From an uncultured Clostridium sp. (lineage in GTDB: Bacteria; Bacillota; Clostridia; Lachnospirales; Lachnospiraceae), in the NCBI GenBank assembly GCA_934438135.1, contig CAKSBP010000017.1, forward strand, positions 1,647 to 65,646: a stretch of DNA of 64,000 nt, given 5' to 3'. Below are positions 49,017 through 58,999 of this stretch, one piece after another. A program made the position numbers and the translations under genes. A model generated the notes under the pieces. It had not been told where the DNA came from. It saw only the letters and a program-made list of their open reading frames with translations, and did not search any database. Within the stretch, counting starts at the first letter, position 1; each line of letters begins with the position of its first letter.

Positions 49017-49081
49017 AATACGGTATGTAAAAAAGTATGGATAAACCAGAAGAAAAGAAGAAGAGAAAAGAGCGTGTGAAA

Positions 49082-49960
49082 ATGGTAAGAAGCATGACTG
49101 GCTTTGGCAGATGCGAGGCTGTAACAAAAGAAAGAAAAATCGTCGTTGAAATGAAAGCGGTAAATCATCGTTACTGTGATTTATCTATTAAGCTGCCAAA
49201 AAAGTTTAATTCATTTGAAGCTGCTATCCGTAACATTTTAAAAGAATATGTTGTTCGTGGCAAGGTAGATGTTTTCATTACATATGAAGATTATACTGAA
49301 GCCTTTGAATGTGTAAAATATAATGAACAACTTGCAAAAGAATACTATAATAATCTGATGAAGATAGCAGATACCTTTCATTTGAAAAATGATGTCAGTA
49401 TTCAGCTTTTGTCAAAATTTCCAGATGTGCTGACACTGGAAGAACAGTCTGTAGATGAAACACAGGTTTGGGAACAGATAGAAGAGGTAGTTCGGCAGGC
49501 TGCTAAGAATTTCCTAGATGCGAGAGAAAAAGAAGGAATGCATCTGAAAAAGGATATTACTGAGAAATTAAATGAAATGCTTGGACTTGTGGATACAATC
49601 GAATCCCGTTCTCCAAGTGTAGTAGAAGAATATCGTCAGAAGATTACAAAGAAGGCAGAAGACCTTCTTAGTGATACAAAAGTGGAAGAAAGCATTCTTG
49701 CTACAGAGATTATTCTGTTTGCAGATAAAATTTGTGTAGATGAAGAAACAGTAAGACTGAAAAGCCATATTGCCGGAATGCTGGATGCACTGGAAAAAGA
49801 TGAAAGCATTGGTCGTAAGTTAGATTTTATTGCTCAGGAGATGAACCGTGAAGCAAATACGATTTTATCCAAAGCTTCCGATTTAGAGATTTCTAATATC
49901 GCGATTGATTTAAAAACCGGTATTGAAAAAATCAGGGAGCAGATTCAAAATATAGAATAG
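49082..49960 (+). CDS. yicC: YicC/YloC family protein
   Basis: MVRSMTGFGR N-terminus and a C-terminal DFIAQEMNREANTI motif. Confidence 0.85.
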   Translation: MVRSMTGFGRCEAVTKERKIVVEMKAVNHRYCDLSIKLPKKFNSFEAAIRNILKEYVVRGKVDVFITYEDYTEAFECVKYNEQLAKEYYNNLMKIADTFHLKNDVSIQLLSKFPDVLTLEEQSVDETQVWEQIEEVVRQAAKNFLDAREKEGMHLKKDITEKLNEMLGLVDTIESRSPSVVEEYRQKITKKAEDLLSDTKVEESILATEIILFADKICVDEETVRLKSHIAGMLDALEKDESIGRKLDFIAQEMNREANTILSKASDLEISNIAIDLKTGIEKIREQIQNIE

Positions 49961-49976
49961 GGGCGTGAAGCCGATT

Positions 49977-50243
49977 ATGAACTGTATGGTGAATATCGGA
50001 TATGGTAACGTTGTAAATGCAAATAAAATAATCGCAATGATTAGTCCAGATGCTGCTCCGGTCAAGCGAATGATTCAGACGGCGAAGGATAATGGCACGG
50101 CAGTGGATGGAACCTGTGGCAGAAAGACAAAAGCAGTTCTCGTCATGGAGAATGGAATGATTGTACTTTCCGCACTTCTTCCAGAAACCATTAAGAGCCG
50201 TGTGAATAGCGATGCAGGTAAGGGTGAAGAATATGAAACATAG
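49977..50243 (+). CDS. remA: RemA/DUF370 family regulator
   Basis: NIGYGNVVNANKIIAMISPDAAPVKRMIQ...GRKTKAVLV matches the RemA pattern. The exact start is uncertain (49965, 49977 or 49986). Confidence 0.75.
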   Translation: MNCMVNIGYGNVVNANKIIAMISPDAAPVKRMIQTAKDNGTAVDGTCGRKTKAVLVMENGMIVLSALLPETIKSRVNSDAGKGEEYET

Positions 50244-50865
50244 AGGCGTGTTAACTGTAGTTTCCGGATTTTCCGGTGCAGGTAAGGGAACCGTTATGAA
50301 AGAATTAGTCAGTAAACATGACTATAAGCTTTCTATTTCTGCAACAACCAGACTGCCGCGTGAAGGCGAAGTAGATGGTAGAGAATATTTCTTTTTGACA
50401 AGAGATAAGTTTGAGAGTATGATAAAAGAGGATCAGTTTATCGAACATGCAGAATACGTTGGAAATTATTATGGAACTCCGAAACAGTATGTAGAAGAAC
50501 AGCTGGATGCTGGACATAATGTTATTCTTGAGATTGAAATCCAAGGTGCACTTCATGTAAAGGAAACATTTCCAGATGCACTGCTTTTGTTTATTGTTCC
50601 ACCAAGTGCAGAGATTTTAAGACAGCGTCTGGTTGGCAGAGGAACAGAAGATGAAGAGACAGTAAACAAGCGTATGAAGCGTGCGGTTATTGAATCTGAG
50701 TATATGAGCCAGTATGATTATCTTGTAGTAAATGATAGACTGGAAGATTGTGTCGAAGCAGTTCATAATATTATTGTTGCAGAAAACAGCAAAATGAAAT
50801 ATAATGAAAAATTTGTCTGTGCTATGAAAGCACAGTTAGAGGCAATACAGAAAGGAGATAATTAG
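50233..50865 (+). CDS. gmk: Guanylate kinase
   Basis: GFSGAGKGT P-loop, SATTR.PREGE.DG.EYFF. Start at the ATG at 50233 behind aagggtga. The gene overlaps the remA end. Confidence 0.9.
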   Translation: MKHRGVLTVVSGFSGAGKGTVMKELVSKHDYKLSISATTRLPREGEVDGREYFFLTRDKFESMIKEDQFIEHAEYVGNYYGTPKQYVEEQLDAGHNVILEIEIQGALHVKETFPDALLLFIVPPSAEILRQRLVGRGTEDEETVNKRMKRAVIESEYMSQYDYLVVNDRLEDCVEAVHNIIVAENSKMKYNEKFVCAMKAQLEAIQKGDN

Positions 50866-50866
50866 T

Positions 50867-51115
50867 ATGTTACATCCATCTTATACTGATTTAATGGCAG
50901 TAGTAAACAGTGAAGTTGAACCAGGTGAGCAGAAAGTAGTAAACAGCAGATATTCTATTGTATTAGCTACTGCAAAAAGAGCAAGACAGATTATTGATGG
51001 TGAAAAGCCATTAGCAGATTCAAAATGTCCAAAGCCGCTATCTATTGCAGTGGAAGAGTTATATGAATCAAAAGTTAAAATCGTCAGTGACGAGGAAGAA
51101 ATAAAAGAAGACTAA
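50867..51115 (+). CDS. rpoZ: DNA-directed RNA polymerase subunit omega
   Basis: NSRYSIVLATAKRARQI core motif in an 82-aa protein. Confidence 0.85.
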   Translation: MLHPSYTDLMAVVNSEVEPGEQKVVNSRYSIVLATAKRARQIIDGEKPLADSKCPKPLSIAVEELYESKVKIVSDEEEIKED

Positions 51116-51122
51116 GAAAACT

Positions 51123-51158
51123 CAGCTGTTCCAGGCTTTTTTAAGCGTGGAACAGCTG
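51123..51158 (+). terminator. Probable rpoZ terminator
   Basis: cagctgttcca pairs with tggaacagctg (11 bp). The U tract is weak. Confidence 0.5.
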
Positions 51159-51232
51159 TATTGCTACTATAGCGGTAAAACAGGTGCCAGTTGTGGTCTC
51201 CTGATACGATTCTAAAATGGAGTGAGTGTAAA

Positions 51233-51814
51233 GTGGACGTTGAACAGACTCAGACAGTGCAGGGAGAAAAAAAGGATAAAAAAAATAAATGGATAGGAAT
51301 TGTAACGGAAGTTGTAATTTATGCCTGTCTTTTATTTGTATGTGCGTATATAATACCAAATTATGTAATCCAGAGAGCGCAGGTTTCTGGTCCATCTATG
51401 GAAAATACCCTGCAGAATGGGGATAATCTGCTGGTAGATAAAATCAGCAGCCGTTTTGGAGACTACAGTCGCTTTGACATTGTTGTGTTTTATCCCTATG
51501 GAAAAGAACAAAAAGATGAACATTTTGTAAAACGTGTCATAGGGCTTCCAGGGGAAACCATTCAGATTAAGGGAAGCGATATTTTCGTTGACGGCAAGAA
51601 ATTAAAAGAAAATTATGGAAAACAGGCTATTACCTATCAAGGAATTGCATCGGAGCCGCTGATACTTGGTGAAGATGAATATTTTTTAATGGGAGATAAC
51701 CGGGAAGTTAGTTATGACAGTAGATATGAAGAGATTGGTCCTGTACATAAAAGTCAGATAGATGGCAGGGCGGTTGTACGTATTTGGCCATTTCAAAAGA
51801 TTGGCGTGTTGTGA
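51233..51814 (+). CDS. lepB: Signal peptidase I
   Basis: TM anchor followed by the SGPSMENTL catalytic Ser box, KRVIGLPGE (Lys box) and GDNREVSYDSR. The GTG at 51233 follows ggagtgag. Confidence 0.85.
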   Translation: MDVEQTQTVQGEKKDKKNKWIGIVTEVVIYACLLFVCAYIIPNYVIQRAQVSGPSMENTLQNGDNLLVDKISSRFGDYSRFDIVVFYPYGKEQKDEHFVKRVIGLPGETIQIKGSDIFVDGKKLKENYGKQAITYQGIASEPLILGEDEYFLMGDNREVSYDSRYEEIGPVHKSQIDGRAVVRIWPFQKIGVL

Positions 51815-51922
51815 AATGAGTTTCAAGGGATGAAACAAGAGGATTATGAGAAAGAAAAAGAGAGAAAGAGAAAGGGTATGTCATTCATAGGAAAACTGGC
51901 ATTTTTCAAGGGAGATGGAGTT

Positions 51923-52516
51923 ATGAACGAGGAAACGAAGGTAGAGCAGGACGAAAACGGGGGACAGCAGGAAAAGCAAGAAACGAAAAAGAATAAAGCC
52001 GCATCTATTATTGGAGAAATTCTTTTATACGTAGCTCTGTTTATTGTCTGTCTGGTAATTATTCCGAAGTATGTATTCTGTAAGTATACGGTGGATGGGC
52101 ATTCCATGGATAATACGTTGTATGATGGACAGCAGCTGATTGGCGAAAAAGTCAGCTATCATTTTTCAAAACCAGACCGCTTTGATATTGTAGTTATTCA
52201 GCCTTATGAAGAAGAAAAAGATAACTACTATGTAAAGAGAATTATCGGCCTTCCAGGAGAAACTGTGGAAGTAAAGGATAATACGATTTTAATCAATGGC
52301 GAGGCAATTAAAGATACACACAAGCTGGAAGAGATGGATGTTCAGCATGTAGGACCGATTACATTAGGCAATGATGAATATTTTGTAATGGGTGATAATC
52401 GAAACATCAGTGATGACAGCAGGGATCCAGAGATAGGACCAATTCCAGAAGAACGTATTGTAGCACATATTGTAGTACGTGTCTGGCCATTTAATAAAAT
52501 GAGGACATTTTCTTAA
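51923..52516 (+). CDS. lepB: Signal peptidase I (second paralog)
   Basis: DGHSMDNTL, KRIIGLPGE and GDNRNISDDSR. The ATG at 51923 follows ggagatggag; the longer form starting at 51830 cannot be excluded. Confidence 0.8.
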   Translation: MNEETKVEQDENGGQQEKQETKKNKAASIIGEILLYVALFIVCLVIIPKYVFCKYTVDGHSMDNTLYDGQQLIGEKVSYHFSKPDRFDIVVIQPYEEEKDNYYVKRIIGLPGETVEVKDNTILINGEAIKDTHKLEEMDVQHVGPITLGNDEYFVMGDNRNISDDSRDPEIGPIPEERIVAHIVVRVWPFNKMRTFS

Positions 52517-52534
52517 AAAGAAGGAGAGAATAAG

Positions 52535-53485
52535 ATGGGCAATGAAAAGAAATTACGTCCGGTGCAGATATTCAACCGTTCTGGATGGTTTCTGTTTATG
52601 CTTTTTATAATAATGACGATTGCACAGGTGATAATTACGATCCCGGTGACATTACTGAAACCGGAAATTGCTTCTGATAATACGTTTCTAATTATACTAA
52701 GTGCGGTTACGTATTATGTGATAGCCTTTCCTTGTTTTGTACTGGCTATGAGGACAGTGCCGGATTCTCCAAAGCGAGAGAAGAAAAAACTGAGTGTATT
52801 CCAGTTCTTTGGATGGTTTTTTATCAGCTTTGCAGTTATCAACATTGCCAATCTGGTAAATGTGGCGTTTGCAGCTGTATATGAGCTGGTATTTCATACA
52901 GAGTATGTAGATACCCTAAATCAGATTATGACGAAGGCGGATTTGCCAACACTTATAGTAACTGTATTTCTGGCACCGATTTTTGAAGAACTGACTTTCC
53001 GGTATTTTCTGTTGAATAAAATCCGGAAGTATGGAGATAAGGCTGCAATTCTGACAACTGGTCTTTTATTTGGATTATTCCATATGAATTATTCTCAGTT
53101 TATTTATGCGACAGCACTAGGTTTTGTATTTGCCTATGTTGTATTAAAGACAAATCGGATTCATTATTCCATTGGGCTTCACATGTTGGTGAACTTCTTT
53201 GGAGGAACAGCAGGAATGTATGTAGAGCAGTCCGGTTCAAAGCTATTAAATATTGTATTTTATGTGCTTTATTTTGCCATGATTATTGCAGGAATTGTTT
53301 ATTTTGCTTTTACGATAGAAAAAGTTCATCTGGAGGCTGGGGAAGAAACAATGGAACGACCGTTTTGTGAGGCAGGATTAAATCCAGGAATTTTAACCTT
53401 TTCAGTAATATGCTTTATTATGATGCATGCAACGTTAGCAATGCAGATTTTGACGCAGATGATGAAAAGCGGTGGTATGATATAG
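52535..53485 (+). CDS. CPBP-family intramembrane glutamic endopeptidase
   Basis: EELTFRYF, FGLFHMN and HMLVNF motifs in a polytopic protein. Confidence 0.8.
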   Translation: MGNEKKLRPVQIFNRSGWFLFMLFIIMTIAQVIITIPVTLLKPEIASDNTFLIILSAVTYYVIAFPCFVLAMRTVPDSPKREKKKLSVFQFFGWFFISFAVINIANLVNVAFAAVYELVFHTEYVDTLNQIMTKADLPTLIVTVFLAPIFEELTFRYFLLNKIRKYGDKAAILTTGLLFGLFHMNYSQFIYATALGFVFAYVVLKTNRIHYSIGLHMLVNFFGGTAGMYVEQSGSKLLNIVFYVLYFAMIIAGIVYFAFTIEKVHLEAGEETMERPFCEAGLNPGILTFSVICFIMMHATLAMQILTQMMKSGGMI

Positions 53486-53518
53486 AAAATGGATAATGGG
53501 TTCCAGAAATGGGATCCA

Positions 53519-53722
53519 TTTCTTATGTGATAGGCTGTTTTATTTGAATGAAGCTGTAGTTTAATGACCTATCACATAAGACGCTCCGCGGGAAGTGCAC
53601 TCGCGGGAATGGAAGTTTGCCGCTAGAGAACAGCGGCACCCGCTCGGCGCGAAGAAAGTGTGTATTCTTCAGAGGATAATTTAAATGGAGGTTATGTGAA
53701 TACACACTTTCTTATGTGATAG
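53519..53722. repeat. Nested perfect-repeat element with a GC-rich core
   Basis: The 15-bp direct repeat tttcttatgtgatag occurs at 53519-53533 and 53708-53722, with an inverted copy at 53568-53581 (a 14-bp perfect stem with 53521-53534). A 16-bp perfect inverted repeat lies at 53652-53667 / 53698-53713. The GC-rich segment 53582-53650 contains two short hairpins. Confidence 0.7.
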
Positions 53723-53777
53723 AGTTTTGCTAAATATACGAAAAATGCGGTGTTTGTGCAGAAGGTGTTCATATTGT

Positions 53778-53806
53778 TTGACACCTATTTTATCTTGGAT
53801 TATAAT
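53778..53806 (+). promoter_or_regulatory. Consensus promoter of dapF-murE
   Basis: TTGACA, a 17-nt spacer, then TATAAT, about 85 nt upstream of dapF. Confidence 0.65.
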
Positions 53807-53889
53807 TAACCCATGATTTTATAGGAGGAAATCCCGATTTCCGATGAAGTTTAGGAATCAATTGAAAAAGAGTTAAAAGGAGATAGAAT

Positions 53890-54723
53890 ATGAAATTTAC
53901 AAAAATGCATGGTTGTGGAAATGATTATATATATGTAAACTGTCTGGAAGAAAAGGTGCCAAATCCAGTAGAGGCGGCAAAGAAGTTAAGTGACAGACAT
54001 TTTGGAATTGGTTCAGATGGATTGATTCTGATTCATCCATCCGATAAGGCAGATTTCCGTATGGAGATGTACAATGCAGATGGTTCTGAAAGTGCTATGT
54101 GCGGAAATGGTGTGCGTTGTATCGCAAAATATGTATATGATTACGGTTTAACCGATAAGACAAAAGTGGAACTGGAAACAAAAGCCGGTATCAAATACCT
54201 GGATTTAAAAGTGGAAAATGGAAAAGTATCTATGGTAACCGTCGATATGGGCGAACCAATTCTTGTACCAAGAGATATTCCAGTTGCATCGGATAAAGAA
54301 CGCGTCATTGCAGAACCAATTACGGTTGGTGGAACGGATTATGAATTTACCGCCGTTTCCATGGGAAATCCTCATGCCGTTGTATTTGTAGAAGATACCG
54401 AATCCATCGATATTGAAGAAATCGGGCCTAAGTTTGAATTTCATGAAATGTTTCCAGAACGTGTGAATACCGAATTTATTCAGATTGTGGATAAAAAACG
54501 TATTAATATGAGAGTTTGGGAACGTGGAACTGGTGAAACACTTGCCTGCGGAACCGGTGCATGTGCCAGTGTAGTAGCCTGTGTGTTAAACGGTTTGACA
54601 GATAATGAAGTATTTGTACATCTATTGGGCGGAGATTTACTGGTAAAGTACGACCAGAAACAGAACAAAGTATTTATGACTGGACCTGCTGTTACCGTAT
54701 TTGACGGAGAAGTAGAGATATAG
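53890..54723 (+). CDS. dapF: Diaminopimelate epimerase
   Basis: KMHGCGNDY N-terminus and two catalytic Cys regions (SAMCGNG, LACGTGA). Confidence 0.9.
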   Translation: MKFTKMHGCGNDYIYVNCLEEKVPNPVEAAKKLSDRHFGIGSDGLILIHPSDKADFRMEMYNADGSESAMCGNGVRCIAKYVYDYGLTDKTKVELETKAGIKYLDLKVENGKVSMVTVDMGEPILVPRDIPVASDKERVIAEPITVGGTDYEFTAVSMGNPHAVVFVEDTESIDIEEIGPKFEFHEMFPERVNTEFIQIVDKKRINMRVWERGTGETLACGTGACASVVACVLNGLTDNEVFVHLLGGDLLVKYDQKQNKVFMTGPAVTVFDGEVEI

Positions 54724-54749
54724 AAAAAAATCGGAGAGGAAATGGTAAC

Positions 54750-56207
54750 ATGCTTTTATCAAAATTAATTGAAAAATTGGACTACCGCATGATTTGCGGA
54801 AATATCGAGAATGATATTAATAAGCTGGTGTATGATTCCAGAAAGGTAGAAAAGGGAGATGTATTTGTCTGTATCAGCGGTGCAGTCTGTGATGGACATA
54901 AATTTATTCCTCAAGTGGTGGAAAAAGGTGCGAGTGCCATTATCGTGGAAAAGGATGTTGAGCCAATAGAAGGCGTTTCTATTGTGAAAGTAGACAGTAC
55001 AAGAAAAGCTCTTGCTTATGCCGCAGCTGCATACTTTGATTATCCTGCAGAGCACTTAAAGACAATTGGTATTACCGGAACCAAAGGAAAGACAACAACC
55101 ACTTATATGGTAAAATCCATTCTGGAAAATGCTGGATTCAAGACAGGGTTGATTGGGACGATTGAAACAATTATTGAAAATGAAAGAATTCCAGCGTGCA
55201 ATACAACACCGGAATCTTATGTTGTACAGGAGACATTCCGTAAAATGGTGGATGCTGGATGTGAATGCGTAGTTATGGAAGTGTCCTCTCAGGGACTCAT
55301 GTTAGACCGTGTTGGTGGATTTGTATTTGATTATGGTATCTTTACAAACTTAGAGCCAGATCATATTGGACCAAATGAACACAAAGATTTAGACGAATAT
55401 ATCAGCTGTAAGGCAAAATTATTCTCTCAGTGTAAAGTTGGTATTTTAAATGCGGATGACAGCCACTTAGAGAAAATTCTTGCAAATCATACTTGTCAGG
55501 TAGAAACATTTGGTTTCTCCCAAAAAGCAGATTTGCGTGCAGAAAATATGCATCTGTGGAGAAAACAGGGAAGTCTTGGAATCGGTTATCATATTAAAGG
55601 ACTTCTGGATATGGAAGTATCTATTGACATTCCAGGTAAATTCAGTGTATACAATTCTTTAGCTGCCATTGCAATCTGTAGACACTTTGGTGTAAATGAA
55701 GAAAATATTTTAAAAGCATTGAATAATATCCGGGTAAAAGGAAGAGTAGAACTTGTAAAAGTTTCTGATAAATATACGTTGATGATTGACTATGCTCACA
55801 ATGCTATGGCATTAGAAAGCCTTCTTTCTACCTTAAGAGAATACAAACCACATCGCCTTGTATGTATGTTTGGATGTGGAGGAAACCGTTCCAAACTAAG
55901 AAGATATGAAATGGGCGAGGTTTCTTCGAAGATGGCAGATTTATCCGTTATTACATCAGATAATCCTCGTGATGAAGAGCCAATGGATATTATCAATGAT
56001 ATTTTAACTGGTGTTCATAAAGCTGATGGAAAATATGAAACCATTGCAGACCGAAAAGAAGCAATCCGTTTCTGTATGGAACATGCGGAAGAAGGCGATA
56101 TTGTGATTCTTGCTGGAAAAGGACACGAAGATTATCAGGAAATCAAAGGCAAAAAGTATCATATGGATGAAAGAGAACTGATTGCTGACATTCTTGCCGG
56201 ACGTTAG
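54750..56207 (+). CDS. murE: UDP-N-acetylmuramoyl-L-alanyl-D-glutamate--2,6-diaminopimelate ligase
   Basis: GITGTKGKTTT P-loop and the DNPR motif (SDNPRDE) associated with mDAP specificity. Confidence 0.9.
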   Translation: MLLSKLIEKLDYRMICGNIENDINKLVYDSRKVEKGDVFVCISGAVCDGHKFIPQVVEKGASAIIVEKDVEPIEGVSIVKVDSTRKALAYAAAAYFDYPAEHLKTIGITGTKGKTTTTYMVKSILENAGFKTGLIGTIETIIENERIPACNTTPESYVVQETFRKMVDAGCECVVMEVSSQGLMLDRVGGFVFDYGIFTNLEPDHIGPNEHKDLDEYISCKAKLFSQCKVGILNADDSHLEKILANHTCQVETFGFSQKADLRAENMHLWRKQGSLGIGYHIKGLLDMEVSIDIPGKFSVYNSLAAIAICRHFGVNEENILKALNNIRVKGRVELVKVSDKYTLMIDYAHNAMALESLLSTLREYKPHRLVCMFGCGGNRSKLRRYEMGEVSSKMADLSVITSDNPRDEEPMDIINDILTGVHKADGKYETIADRKEAIRFCMEHAEEGDIVILAGKGHEDYQEIKGKKYHMDERELIADILAGR

Positions 56208-56238
56208 GACGGAAATAAAAAATAAGGAGGTATGGCAT

Positions 56239-58467
56239 ATGTATGCGGATATTATTGTAGACATATCCCACGAAAATCTGGATAAGACGTATCAGTATGC
56301 GATACCTGAACAATTATTAGCGAAAGCAAAACCAGGTGCTCAGGTTCTTGTTCCGTTTGGGAAAGGGAATCGGGTCATAAAAGGATATATTGTCGGGCTT
56401 TCCAGTGAACCAGACTGGGACCCGGCAAAAATTAAACCATTACAGGAAATTGTAGAAAGCGGACTTGTAATCGAATCTCATTTGATTAGTCTTGCCTATT
56501 GGATTAAGGATAATTATGGGGCGACCATGAACGATGCTCTAAAGACGGTAATTCCGGTAAAGTCAAAGGTAAAGGCGAAAGAAAAGAAACAAATCGTTCT
56601 TTCTGTGGACAAAGAAATGGGATTTTTTTATCTGGGCGAATACCGAAGAAAGAAGCATACTGCAAAGGTAAGGCTTTTGGAAGCACTTTTGCAGAATGGT
56701 GTACTCAATCAGGAAATTGTTGTCGGAAAATTAAATATTTCCAGAGAAACTATAAAGGCACTGGAACGGGATAAAGTGATACGGGTGGAAACACAGCAGA
56801 TGTATCGGAATCCAATTGCGTTTCAAAAGGATACTAGAAAAGATATTATTTTGAATCAAAGCCAGCAGGCAATTGCTTCAGATATTATTAGAGAATATGA
56901 AGCTGGAATCCGGAAAACCTATCTGATTCATGGAATTACAGGAAGTGGAAAGACTGAGATTTATATGGAGGTCATCAGCCATGTAATTTCTCAGGGAAAG
57001 CAGGTTATTATGTTGATTCCAGAAATTTCCCTCACTTATCAGACGGTGATGCGCTTCTGCCATCGGTTCGGTGAACGGGTATCATTCCTTCATTCGAAAC
57101 TTTCTGGAGGGGAGCGTTATGATCAGTATCTTCGGGCAAAAAGAGGTGAAATCGATGTGATGATTGGACCTAGGTCTGCCTTATTTACGCCGTTTCAGAA
57201 TCTAGGTCTTATTCTTATTGATGAAGAACATGAGGCAAGTTATAAAAGTGAAACACCTCCAAAATACCACGCTAGGGAAACAGCTATTGAACGGGCAAGG
57301 CTGACAGGAAGCAGTGTGATTTTGGGTTCAGCCACTCCATCTGTAGATAGTTATAAAAAAGCAATGGATGGAGAATATAAATTATATCATCTTACGGAGC
57401 GTGCAGGCCACGCCAAACTGCCAAAAGTCTGGGTTGTGGATCTTCGTGAGGAATTGAAAAAGAAAAATCGTTCTATTTTCAGCGAAAAGCTGAGAGAATT
57501 GATGATAGACAGATTACAGAAGAAACAGCAGATTATGCTGTTTCTTAATCGAAGAGGTTATGCAGGATTTATTTCCTGCAGAAGCTGTGGACATGTGATG
57601 AAATGTCCACATTGTGATGTCTCATTAAAATCCCATATCAATGGGAAACTCGTCTGCCATTACTGCGGACATGAAGAGCCATATCCAAAAGTCTGTCCAT
57701 CCTGTGGGTCAAAATATATTGCCGGATTCGGAACTGGAACCCAGAAGGTAGAGGAAATGGTAAAGAATGAATTCCCATATGCAAGAATACTTCGTATGGA
57801 TACGGATACGACATCTCAAAAAGGCGGTCATGAGAAAATTTTATCTGCCTTTGCAAATCAGGAAGCAGATATTTTAATTGGAACTCAGATGATTGTAAAG
57901 GGACATGATTTCCCAAATGTTACATTAGTCGGGGTACTTGCCGCAGATTTATCATTGTTTTCATCCGATTATAGTGCAGGAGAGCGTACTTTTCAGCTGT
58001 TAGCTCAGGCATCCGGTCGGGCCGGGCGCGGTGAAAAAGAAGGTGAAGTTGTCATTCAGACCTATAATCCAGATAACTACAGTATCATTGCTGCTGCAAA
58101 AGAGAATTATGAATCTTTTTACCAGCATGAAATTACATTCCGGAAGCTGATGTCCTATCCGCCGGTATCCCACATGGTGGCGGTTATGGTAACGTCTAAA
58201 GATGATGGATTTGCAGAGCGCATGTCAAGGCTTCTTCTAGAAAGGGTAAAGGAAAACAATGATGATATGAGCATAAAACCGATTGGTCCCGTAAAGGCGG
58301 TTGTCGGCAGAATAAATGATATTTACAGATGGATGATTTACCTTAAATGTGAGGAATATGATCTGTTAAAACATGCAAAGGATGAACTGGAAGATTATAT
58401 GAAAGAGAATGAAAACTTTAAAAAGTGTCTTGTACAGTTCGATTTTGACCCAATACACAGTTATTAG
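56239..58467 (+). CDS. priA: Primosomal protein N' (replication restart helicase)
   Basis: MYADIIVD... N-terminus, Walker A GITGSGKTE, DEEH, and the Cys-rich zinc region CRSCGH..CPHCD...CHYCGH...CPSCGS. The ATG at 56239 is 8 nt after aaggagg. Confidence 0.9.
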   Translation: MYADIIVDISHENLDKTYQYAIPEQLLAKAKPGAQVLVPFGKGNRVIKGYIVGLSSEPDWDPAKIKPLQEIVESGLVIESHLISLAYWIKDNYGATMNDALKTVIPVKSKVKAKEKKQIVLSVDKEMGFFYLGEYRRKKHTAKVRLLEALLQNGVLNQEIVVGKLNISRETIKALERDKVIRVETQQMYRNPIAFQKDTRKDIILNQSQQAIASDIIREYEAGIRKTYLIHGITGSGKTEIYMEVISHVISQGKQVIMLIPEISLTYQTVMRFCHRFGERVSFLHSKLSGGERYDQYLRAKRGEIDVMIGPRSALFTPFQNLGLILIDEEHEASYKSETPPKYHARETAIERARLTGSSVILGSATPSVDSYKKAMDGEYKLYHLTERAGHAKLPKVWVVDLREELKKKNRSIFSEKLRELMIDRLQKKQQIMLFLNRRGYAGFISCRSCGHVMKCPHCDVSLKSHINGKLVCHYCGHEEPYPKVCPSCGSKYIAGFGTGTQKVEEMVKNEFPYARILRMDTDTTSQKGGHEKILSAFANQEADILIGTQMIVKGHDFPNVTLVGVLAADLSLFSSDYSAGERTFQLLAQASGRAGRGEKEGEVVIQTYNPDNYSIIAAAKENYESFYQHEITFRKLMSYPPVSHMVAVMVTSKDDGFAERMSRLLLERVKENNDDMSIKPIGPVKAVVGRINDIYRWMIYLKCEEYDLLKHAKDELEDYMKENENFKKCLVQFDFDPIHSY

Positions 58468-58483
58468 AAAGAGAGGAAAAGAT

Positions 58484-58972
58484 ATGGCATTAAGAAATAT
58501 TAGAAAAATCGGGGATCCGATTCTAAACAAACAGGCAAAAGAAATTAAGGAAATGACACCAAAGATTAAGGAATTAATTGAGGATATGCTGGATACTATG
58601 TATGATGCTCAGGGGGTTGGTCTTGCAGCACCTCAGGTTGGCATTTTGAAACGTCTTGTTGTAATTGATTGTTCCGAAGAGGGAGATGCTCCGATTATTC
58701 TGATCAATCCAGAGATTATTGAAACAAGTGGTTCTCAGACAGGCTACGAAGGATGTTTAAGTGTACCTGGAAAATCCGGTATTGTTACCAGGCCAAATTA
58801 TGCAAAAGTAAAAGCATTAAATGAAAATATGGAACCAATCGAAGTAGAAGGAACAGAACTTCTTGCAAGAGCATTATGTCATGAAATTGACCACTTAGGC
58901 GGGCATCTTTATGTAGAAAAAGTAGAAGGTGAGTTGTTGGATAACAGCACATTGATAGAAGATGAAGAATAA
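58484..58972 (+). CDS. def: Peptide deformylase
   Basis: GVGLAAPQ, EGCLS and HEIDH motifs. Start at the ATG at 58484. Confidence 0.9.
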   Translation: MALRNIRKIGDPILNKQAKEIKEMTPKIKELIEDMLDTMYDAQGVGLAAPQVGILKRLVVIDCSEEGDAPIILINPEIIETSGSQTGYEGCLSVPGKSGIVTRPNYAKVKALNENMEPIEVEGTELLARALCHEIDHLGGHLYVEKVEGELLDNSTLIEDEE

Positions 58973-58999
58973 AAGAAGGCCAGATTAGGAGGGCATTTT

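Noticed and set aside
53523-53705. 60-aa minus-strand ORF in the CPBP-dapF intergenic region
   Set aside because: It coincides exactly with the nested repeat and GC-rich element. It has no RBS, and its translation is Pro/Leu/Arg/Phe-rich with no features. The open frame is more likely a by-product of the repeat structure.
53519-53889. Lysine (L-box) riboswitch or other leader RNA for dapF
   Set aside because: A consensus TTGACA-17-TATAAT promoter lies downstream of the structured element at 53778-53806, leaving only about 80 nt of leader. I also could not find L-box core motifs.
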